A DNA stretch of 63,858 bases, filler included, from Sandaracinaceae bacterium (lineage in GTDB: Bacteria > Myxococcota_A > Polyangia > Polyangiales > JADJQN01): assembly GCA_947483975.1 (NCBI GenBank). It is 2 parts of 2 records of this genome, joined end to end, with 100 filler letters (N's around TTAATTAATTAA, not from the genome) between each part and the next. Parts side by side here need not be neighbours in the genome. Positions count along the whole stretch, not along the records: positions 31,993 to 63,858 come from CANKOL010000018.1; 1 more part is not named here. One strand, written 5' to 3'. Below, in pieces: positions 56,937 through 63,858 of this stretch (its first letter is position 1; each line of letters starts with the position of its first letter). The position numbers and the translations under genes were made by a program. A model generated the notes under the pieces. The model ran no database searches and was not told the origin of the DNA. It worked only from the letters and a program-made list of their open reading frames with translations.

Positions 56937-58064
56937 GTGGTCTCGCGCGGCATCGTCACGTTGACGCTGGAGTGCCCTAACGCGTGCATCTTCTGCGCGC
57001 AGCGGGGACTCGCGCCGCGACCTGAGCGCTCGCTCGAGGACGTGCGCGCAGCGCTGCGCGCGCTCCGCTCGGAGCAGCAGAGCGTGGTGCTCGCGGGCGG
57101 TGAGCCGGGGCTCCTCGAGGCGCTCGAGGAGCACGTCCGCGCTGCGCGCGAGGAGGGCTTCCTGCGCGTCGGCGTGCAGACGAACGGTGCCGGGCTCGTG
57201 GATGTCGAGCGGCTGAGGGGCCTCGCCAACGCCGGGCTGACGGACGTGCACCTGAGCGTGCACGGCGCCGTCGCTGCCGTACATGACCATCACACCGGCG
57301 CTCCCCTCAGCTTCGAGCGCGCGCTCGCCGCGCTCGCCGCAGCGCGCGCAGCCGGGCTCTCCGTCGCCGTCAGCACGGTGCTCACGCGCTCGAATTTTCG
57401 TGTGCTCGACGGGCTAGCGACGTTGCTCGTCGCGCGAGGCGCGTCCGCGTGGTGCGTCTCGGTCCCCGTCGTCGCGGGGCGTGCACACGAGAGCTTCGAC
57501 CGCGTCGTGCCTCGCCTCGGGCTCGCGTTGCCGTTTGCGTTGCGGGCCCTCGTCGCCGCTCGGGCGCGGGGACTCGCGGCGTTCATCTCAGGAGCGCCGC
57601 TGTGCCTGCTCGGACCACACGGCGGGATGAGCGTCGTCGGCGCAGAGTCGAGGGCGTACGGCGCGCCCTGCGTCGAATGCCCTGCACGCGCGGCGTGCCC
57701 GGGCGTCGACGCGACCTACCTCGAGCGCTTCGACGGCGACGAGCTTGCGCCGCGCGGCACGCTCGTGAGTCCGCTCGCGGACGAATCAGCCCGCCGACAA
57801 GCGGCGATGTTCGTCGGTGCCGGTGAGCGGGCGCCACTGCAGGTGCGCGTCGCGGCGTCGTCTCCCGCCAAGGCGCGGCGCGCGCTGCCGACGCTCGGCC
57901 GAGGACAACCCGCCGCCGCCGAGGTCGGTCGCGGCGAGCGCCGTACGGGCGAGGCCATGCGAGCGCTCTTCCCGACGCTGTTCGCCGACCGCGAGCCGCC
58001 CGCCGCCGACCTCACGAGCGGACAGGCGCCCACGGACGACGGGGAGCGCGAGCCGAAGGACTGA
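56937..58064 (+). CDS. Radical SAM protein, divergent
   Basis: CPNACIFC, GGEP, QTNG, SVHG...HD; APLC...CVECPARAACPG. Confidence 0.85.
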   Translation: MVSRGIVTLTLECPNACIFCAQRGLAPRPERSLEDVRAALRALRSEQQSVVLAGGEPGLLEALEEHVRAAREEGFLRVGVQTNGAGLVDVERLRGLANAGLTDVHLSVHGAVAAVHDHHTGAPLSFERALAALAAARAAGLSVAVSTVLTRSNFRVLDGLATLLVARGASAWCVSVPVVAGRAHESFDRVVPRLGLALPFALRALVAARARGLAAFISGAPLCLLGPHGGMSVVGAESRAYGAPCVECPARAACPGVDATYLERFDGDELAPRGTLVSPLADESARRQAAMFVGAGERAPLQVRVAASSPAKARRALPTLGRGQPAAAEVGRGERRTGEAMRALFPTLFADREPPAADLTSGQAPTDDGEREPKD

Positions 58065-58101
58065 GCCTGTCGCGCCGATCGGGGAAGGGCGTGCGCCGCG
58101 C

Positions 58102-59196
58102 TCACTCCGGCGCGGCGACTGGCTGCGGGCGGGCTTCGTCGTTGCGGATCGAGTAGCGCACGAGCGCGCGGAGGATCTCGTTGCGCTGCAGGTCGCCGAC
58201 GAGCCGCTTCACGTCGTCGTAGATCGTCGAGTCGGTGAGCAGCGCGCCGATCGTGCCGCGGCCCTCACGCAGGTTGCGCAGGATGGTGTTGAGCTCGCCG
58301 AGCGCGCCCGTCGCGTTGTCGATCAGCTGCGCGCCCTGGTTCTCGTAGACGAGGTTGTGCACGGTGCCATCGCCGGTGCGCACCGCCGCGAGCATCTGCG
58401 AGGTCTCGCTCGCCGTGTCCGCGAGCCCGCGCACGAGGCGCGTGCCCTCTTGTCCGTAGATGAACTCGTGCGCCGTGCCGTTGCCACGCTCGACCTCGTC
58501 GGTGATCGCGCGCGCGCTGCGGGCTGCCCGCGAGAGCTCCGAGGTCGCCGTCTGCACGTTCTCGAGCGTTTGCCCGACCTGATCGGCGAGCTGCGGGTCC
58601 GTGAGCAAGCGGCGGACCGTGCCATCGCTCTGCTCGGTCATACGCAGGAGCTCCGCGAGGCTGTGCGCCGAGCTGCGGACGTCTTGCTGAAACGCCGGCT
58701 CCCCGAGCACGCCTGTCGCGGCGCGGAGGTTGGCGACCACGACCTTCGTCTCGCTCATGATCTGCCCGGCTTGCGTCGCCATCGCGCCGAGGTCCATCGG
58801 CTCCGAGGTTCGCATCGTCCCGCCCGACCGGAGCACGCGCCCGGTCCCGACCGAGAGGTCGACGATCTTGTCGCCGAGCATGCCCTTGCTGCCGATGCTC
58901 GCGACCGTGTCCTCTCGCACGAGGGGCACGAACTCTTGGTCCACGTTGATCTGCACGTAGACGCGCCCGTCGCTGTGCAGCTCGACCTCGCCGACGGTGC
59001 CGACGTTCACGCCGGCCATCGACAGCGAGCTACCCGCGCGCAGCCCGCCGACCGACCCGAAGGCCGCGTGGTACGTCTCCTTCGACGCGAACACGCTCTT
59101 GCGACCGCCGATCATGACGACGATCATCGAGCCCACCGCGAGCGCGGCGAACACGAACAGCCCGACCCTGATCTCGACCGACCGATTTCTCTGCAT
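58102..59196 (-). CDS. mlaD: MCE/MlaD family protein
   Basis: EIRVGLFV TM segment; GLRAGSSLSMAGVNVGTV; GMLGDK; helical tail. Confidence 0.9.
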   Translation of the reverse strand: MQRNRSVEIRVGLFVFAALAVGSMIVVMIGGRKSVFASKETYHAAFGSVGGLRAGSSLSMAGVNVGTVGEVELHSDGRVYVQINVDQEFVPLVREDTVASIGSKGMLGDKIVDLSVGTGRVLRSGGTMRTSEPMDLGAMATQAGQIMSETKVVVANLRAATGVLGEPAFQQDVRSSAHSLAELLRMTEQSDGTVRRLLTDPQLADQVGQTLENVQTATSELSRAARSARAITDEVERGNGTAHEFIYGQEGTRLVRGLADTASETSQMLAAVRTGDGTVHNLVYENQGAQLIDNATGALGELNTILRNLREGRGTIGALLTDSTIYDDVKRLVGDLQRNEILRALVRYSIRNDEARPQPVAAPE

Positions 59197-59267
59197 GAGC
59201 GGTCCCGCTTCCTAGCACTGCCGTCGAAGTCTACTGCCAAGCGTCGTCGCCCTGCCTCGCGCGGCGT

Positions 59268-60041
59268 TCAGCCCGCGCTCCGCAGCAGCGTCTGCGTGTC
59301 CTCATCGTGGGGCGCGTTGCCCTCGATGAAGTCCCGCACATAAGGGTCTCGCGTCTCGCGGATCTCGTCGGGCGTCCCCGAGAAGACGACGCCGCCGTCT
59401 CGGATCATCACGATGCGATCGCTGATCGTGAACGCGCTCGTCATGTCGTGCGTCACCGCCACCGACGTGATGTTCAAGGTCCGCTTGAGCTTCAGCATCA
59501 GGCGGTTGATGCGCGTCGTGTTGATCGGGTCGAGGCCCGTCGTCGGCTCGTCGTAGAGGAGCACATCGGGCCTGAGCGCGATCGTGCGCGCGAGGCCGAC
59601 GCGCTTCTTCATGCCGCCCGAGAGGTCCGAGGGCCACATATCCTCGATCCCGGGGAGGCCGACGTAGGTGAGCGCCTCGTTGACCGCTCGGTCAACCTCG
59701 CCCTCCGACGGGCGCCCGTGCTCACGGAGTCCGTAGGCGACGTTCTCGCGCACCGAGAGGGAGTCGAAGAGCGCCGCGCCCTGAAAGAGCATCCCGATGT
59801 GCTTGCGCACCTTCGCGTACGCCTTCTCTTTCAGGTTCGTGACCTCTTCGCCGTCATACTTGATCGAGCCGCCGTCGGCCTTCAGGAGCCCGATCAGGAG
59901 CTTGAGCATCACGCTCTTGCCCTGCCCCGAGCCGCCGATGATCGTCAGGGACTCGCCGCGATGGATATCGAGGTTGAGGTCGCGATAGACGACCTTCGGG
60001 CCGAAGGCCTTCTTCACTCCGCGGAATTCGATCAGCGCCAT
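59268..60041 (-). CDS. mlaF: MlaF-like ABC ATPase
   Basis: GGSGQGKS, FQGAALFDSL, LSGGMKKRVGLAR, YDEPTTGLDP. Confidence 0.92.
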   Translation of the reverse strand: MALIEFRGVKKAFGPKVVYRDLNLDIHRGESLTIIGGSGQGKSVMLKLLIGLLKADGGSIKYDGEEVTNLKEKAYAKVRKHIGMLFQGAALFDSLSVRENVAYGLREHGRPSEGEVDRAVNEALTYVGLPGIEDMWPSDLSGGMKKRVGLARTIALRPDVLLYDEPTTGLDPINTTRINRLMLKLKRTLNITSVAVTHDMTSAFTISDRIVMIRDGGVVFSGTPDEIRETRDPYVRDFIEGNAPHDEDTQTLLRSAG

Positions 60042-60195
60042 CGAGCGCGGCAATGTAGCGCTCAGTCCACGGCGCGGCACGTGCATCAGGCGCGTCCCGT
60101 GTACTTGTCGCGCGTCGGTCGTATGCGGCGGCGAGCGCACCGTTTCGTAGACGTAGCCACCGTGACGGGGTACGTGGTGCCCCAGGAGGATCGCC

Positions 60196-60723
60196 ATGCA
60201 GAGCCGAATGGGTTTCACCGTCTTCGTCGGCGCTCTCGCCGTCGGACTCGCCGCGCTGCTCAGCGCACCAGCACTCGCGGACGCACAAGCGGGCCCTCCC
60301 CCGAGCGTGCGGCTCGACATTCACGGCGACTTTGGCTGGTACCACAGCTTCGGCGCGGGGGCGCGCGTCGACATCCCCGTCGTCCGGGACGGGTTCATCC
60401 GGTCGAGCGATGTGAGCGACGACCTCTCGATCAGCCCGGGGCTCGAGCTGTTCTCCGCGTACGGACCGTACAGCGGGATGGGCCTGATCCCGATGGTGAT
60501 GGTGCAGTGGAACCTCTACTTCGCGCACCAGTTCAGCTTCTTCCTCGAGGCGGGCATCGCGCTGCTCTTCGCGCCGAGCGGCTGGAGCAACCACTACTAC
60601 GACCAGGTGGTCGCGCCGGTCGGGCAGCTCGGCTTCCGGTGGCACCTCAGCGACGCGATGGCGCTGTTGATTCGGGTCGGCTGGCCCGCGGGTACGCAGA
60701 TCGGGGTCGCGTTCGACCTGTGA
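60196..60723 (+). CDS. Small outer-membrane beta-barrel-like protein
   Basis: Signal peptide ending ALA, amphipathic strands, C-terminal GVAFDL; AGGAGG RBS. Confidence 0.7.
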   Translation: MQSRMGFTVFVGALAVGLAALLSAPALADAQAGPPPSVRLDIHGDFGWYHSFGAGARVDIPVVRDGFIRSSDVSDDLSISPGLELFSAYGPYSGMGLIPMVMVQWNLYFAHQFSFFLEAGIALLFAPSGWSNHYYDQVVAPVGQLGFRWHLSDAMALLIRVGWPAGTQIGVAFDL

Positions 60724-60736
60724 CCTTCTGGCTCAC

Positions 60737-61294
60737 TTGAGGCATCTCGGGACGCCCGCAGTGACGCGCTTCGATCGAGCGCCTGCGGGCGCCGTCGTGT
60801 GCGGGCTCACGGGCTACGCGCTCGTGCTGTGCGCGTTCGTTTTCTGCGGCTGTGGTCTGCGTGGCTCGGCGGCGGCCGACGTGAAGGCGAGCGCGGCGCC
60901 TCACCTCGCGGCGTTCGTCGACTTCGACCCGTGGGCGCGGCGCGCGGCTCTCGCCGACCCAGCGTTTCGCGACGACCGCGCGTTCATGGAGGCGGCGTTC
61001 GCTCCGCTCCGCGAGCAGCGCGACGTCGGCGACGCATGGATCGAGCGCCGCGGCACGCACGCGCGAACGCTCGCCATGCACCCGGAGCTCGGGGACCCGC
61101 CCCGCGCGACGTGGACCCCGATGCGGCACGTGGAGCTCGGCGCGATTCAGGTCGCGCTCGCCGCCTTGCCGCCGCGAGGTCCCGCGGGCACGAGCGGCGT
61201 GGCGCGGCCGTGCGTGCTCATCGCGCATCAGGACACCATCGATGACGGCGCCGTCGTCCGCGTCATCGTGGCGTATCTCGTCGCGGCTGAGTGA
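60737..61294 (+). CDS. Hypothetical protein
   Basis: ORF with an N-terminal hydrophobic/Cys segment filling the intergenic space; start uncertain. Confidence 0.5.
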   Translation: MRHLGTPAVTRFDRAPAGAVVCGLTGYALVLCAFVFCGCGLRGSAAADVKASAAPHLAAFVDFDPWARRAALADPAFRDDRAFMEAAFAPLREQRDVGDAWIERRGTHARTLAMHPELGDPPRATWTPMRHVELGAIQVALAALPPRGPAGTSGVARPCVLIAHQDTIDDGAVVRVIVAYLVAAE

Positions 61295-62836
61295 TCAGCG
61301 TCGGAACAGCAGCCCCGGCAACGTCACCGTGAAGGAGGCGCCGTCGCCGGGCTGGCTCGCGACGGTGATGGTGCCGCCGTGCGCTTCGACGATGCTCTTG
61401 ACGATCGCGAGGCCGAGCCCTGTGCCGTTGCGCTCGCCGTCGGTCGTGAAGAAGCGGTCGAAGATGCGTGTGAGGTTTTGCGCCGGGATCCCGGCGCCAT
61501 GGTCGCGCACGGTGATCGCGACCGCGCCCTGCGCGGCATCGCGCAGCGTCACCTCGACCGGCGTGCCCGGCGGCGAGAAGCGCACGGCGTTGTCCATCAC
61601 GTTGAAGAGGGCCGTCTCGAGGTCGGCGGCGCGGGCGCGCACGAAGCTCACGCGCGTCGCCCACACGATCTGGACGGGTACGTCGGGGGTCTCCGCGCGG
61701 AGCGCCGCGCCCCGCACCGTCGCGGCGAGGTCGACGATGCTGAGCGCCTCGCGCGACGCCTCGAGGCGCGAGAGCTCGAGCAGGCGCGACACGAGCCGGT
61801 CGAGCCGATCCACGTCGAGCGCGATGTTCTGTAGGAAGCGGCGGCGCGCCGCGGGGTCATCGGCAGCGCCCTCGTCGAGCAGCTCCGCGGCGCCGCGGAT
61901 CGCCGTCAGCGGCGACTTGAACTCGTGCGCGACGTCGGCCGCGAAGCCCTCGATGTAGCGGAGGCGATCCTCGAGGCGCTGCCGCATCTGCGCGACCGCC
62001 TCGCCGAGCTCGCGGAGCTCGCCGCCCCCGCCGACGGGCACGATGACGTCGCGCTCGCCCGACGCGATGCGCGAGGCGGCGCGCGCGAGCCGCGCGAGGG
62101 GGCGCGAGATGGTCCACGCGAGCGCGAGCGTGAGGAGCGCCGTGAAGAGGACCGCGACCGCGAGCACGCCGCGCAGGCCGGTGCGGATCCGATAGAGCTC
62201 CACGAGCACCGGGCGCGTCGAGCGCACGACGTAGACGACGGAGCGGCCCTGCGCTGCCACCGCCGGCAGGGGCTCGGAGACGAAGAGGAACACTCCGGGC
62301 GGCGCGTGTCGGACGCGCGTCCGCGCGCTCGGTCGGCCGGCGAGCGCGTCGAGCACCTCGGCGCGCGCGGCGAGCGCAGGCCACGTCTCACGCGGGCTCA
62401 GCCACTCGGACGAGGCGGAGTCCGAGGCGTAGGCCCGTCGAGAGGCGTCGCGCACGACGCTCGGCAGCACGCTCGGCAGCACGCTCGGCGGCAGCGGCTC
62501 GGGGCCCTCCGGCGGACCATCGGCGTGCGAGTCGACGAGCACGAGCGCGTGGCTGTCGAGCAGCCGAATGCGCGTGCGCGTGCGCTTGGCGGCGCGCCGC
62601 AGGATCGTCTCGTGCCGCGCGTCGGCGATCGGTACGCCGCGCGCGAGGTCGTCGGTGAGCTGCTCGCGCACGAGCACCGCTTGATTGCGCATGTCGCGCT
62701 CGAGCGCGTCGAGGAGCTGCCGCTCGTAGAGCCGCGCAAATTCGAGCCCGGCGACGGGCACGAGCAACACCACGAGATTGACCGCGAGCAGCCGAGCCCT
62801 GATTCGCCCGAAAGCGCGCACGAATCGGCCGAACAT
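61295..62836 (-). CDS. Membrane sensor histidine kinase (ChvG/CreC-like, HAMP)
   Basis: Two TM segments, HAMP, FAADVAHEFKSPL, NVMDNA, GTGLGLAI. Confidence 0.92.
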   Translation of the reverse strand: MFGRFVRAFGRIRARLLAVNLVVLLVPVAGLEFARLYERQLLDALERDMRNQAVLVREQLTDDLARGVPIADARHETILRRAAKRTRTRIRLLDSHALVLVDSHADGPPEGPEPLPPSVLPSVLPSVVRDASRRAYASDSASSEWLSPRETWPALAARAEVLDALAGRPSARTRVRHAPPGVFLFVSEPLPAVAAQGRSVVYVVRSTRPVLVELYRIRTGLRGVLAVAVLFTALLTLALAWTISRPLARLARAASRIASGERDVIVPVGGGGELRELGEAVAQMRQRLEDRLRYIEGFAADVAHEFKSPLTAIRGAAELLDEGAADDPAARRRFLQNIALDVDRLDRLVSRLLELSRLEASREALSIVDLAATVRGAALRAETPDVPVQIVWATRVSFVRARAADLETALFNVMDNAVRFSPPGTPVEVTLRDAAQGAVAITVRDHGAGIPAQNLTRIFDRFFTTDGERNGTGLGLAIVKSIVEAHGGTITVASQPGDGASFTVTLPGLLFRR

Positions 62837-63534
62837 CAGGAGGCTTTGTAGCCGACCCCGTGCACGGTCGCGATCGGGTCCACGCCCGAGGCCTCGCGGA
62901 ATTTGGCGCGGAGGCGCTTCACGTGCGTGTCGATCGTGCGCTCGGTGATCAGGTTGTCGTAGGGATACGCGCGCTGCATCAGCTGGGCGCGAGACAGCAC
63001 GACGCCGGGGCGCTCGAGCAGCGCCGTCAGCACGCCGAATTCCGTCGGGGTGAGCGTGATGGGCACGCCGCTCGCGCTCACCTCGTGCCGCTCGATGTCG
63101 ACGCGAATGGCGCCGTGCTCGAGGGTGCGCGTCGCCGTCGTCGCGGCGTCGGCGGGCAGGGCGCCCTCGGCGCGGCGCAGCACCGCGCGCACGCGGGCGA
63201 CGAGCTCACGCGGCGAGAATGGCTTGACCAGGTAGTCGTCGCCGCCGAGCTCGAGCCCGAGCACGCGGTCGATCTCGTCACCGCGCGCCGAGAGAAACAG
63301 CAGCGGCGTCCGCGCGCGCGTGCGCAGGCGGCGACACGTCTCGAGCCCGTCGAGGCCGGGCATCGAGACGTCGAGCACCACGGCGTCGATGCCGCCGCTC
63401 GCGTGGCGCAGGAGCGCCGCTGCCCCGTCCTCGGCGAGGGCGACGACGAAGCCCTCCTTCTCGAGCGCGTACTGCACGACGTCGCGAATGTGCTTCTCGT
63501 CGTCGACGACCAGGATCGTGCGGGTGCGGTTCAT
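62836..63534 (-). CDS. OmpR-family response regulator
   Basis: ILVVDDE, KPFSPREL, LTPTEF, RTIDTHVKRLR, TVHGVGY. Confidence 0.94.
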   Translation of the reverse strand: MNRTRTILVVDDEKHIRDVVQYALEKEGFVVALAEDGAAALLRHASGGIDAVVLDVSMPGLDGLETCRRLRTRARTPLLFLSARGDEIDRVLGLELGGDDYLVKPFSPRELVARVRAVLRRAEGALPADAATTATRTLEHGAIRVDIERHEVSASGVPITLTPTEFGVLTALLERPGVVLSRAQLMQRAYPYDNLITERTIDTHVKRLRAKFREASGVDPIATVHGVGYKAS

Positions 63535-63538
63535 CGGC

Positions 63539-63858
63539 TCAGGCGTCTTGGTCCGGCGTCTCGGTCGCGTCCATGGCCTCGCTGAGCCCCTCGACTCGCG
63601 CCCAGACCTCGCCGACGATACCAGAGGCGCCATCGACCGAGGACCCCGCGAAGCGCGCGAGCACGAGCTGGGTGCGGAGCGCCGCCGTCAGATCCGCCAG
63701 CTCGTCGAGGGCGCGCGCGTCGCGGTCCCGCAGGCGGACGAGGCGCCGCACGTTCTCGGCGTGCAGCCGCGCGGTCGCGATCGAGCGCGCAGGTCCGCCT
63801 GCCGCCTCGAGCGCCGCGAGGCGTTCGTCCGCCCGAGCGACGTCGAGGTCCGGCGTCC
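63539..63858 (-). CDS. Partial hypothetical protein (start lies beyond the window)
   Basis: Frame is open to the window edge and stops 4 nt before the response regulator start. Confidence 0.55.
   Translation of the reverse strand, partial: TPDLDVARADERLAALEAAGGPARSIATARLHAENVRRLVRLRDRDARALDELADLTAALRTQLVLARFAGSSVDGASGIVGEVWARVEGLSEAMDATETPDQDA

Noticed and set aside
58102..60041. mlaF-mlaD as the exporter for the HxS peptide
   Set aside because: Standard lipid-transport MCE genes, convergent with the locus; mlaE is absent here and nothing links them to the peptide.

Overview
Very GC-rich bacterial DNA. Gene content (Cys-rich repeat lipoproteins with DGG/DAG linkers, a Ser/Thr kinase, vWA lipoproteins) suggests Myxococcota; this is an inference. 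An artificial N/TTAATTAATTAA linker at 31893-31992 joins two contigs, so the two halves may not be adjacent in the genome. The left contig holds the probable 5' end of a group II intron, a TetR-controlled TPP-enzyme/epimerase pair, a hybrid kinase and response regulator, two SPFH genes, a PLD lipoprotein, acnB with a LysR regulator, a helicase, ppk2, an ECF sigma with thioredoxin, tRNA-Gly followed by three regularly spaced palindromes, and a giant Cys-rich repeat lipoprotein. The right contig holds housekeeping and secreted-protein genes plus the main finding: a ~14 kb RiPP-like locus (43929-58064). It is built around a 95-aa precursor ending HCS-(HGS)10-W, with two HxsD-like genes, five radical SAM genes carrying six CxxxCxxC domains (one fused to a methyltransferase, one a cobalamin-type plus second rSAM fusion), a His/Cys-rich small protein, a Tat substrate and two Cys-rich lipoproteins. 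It looks like a greatly expanded variant of the His-Xaa-Ser system. All family calls are by motif recognition; no database search was run.
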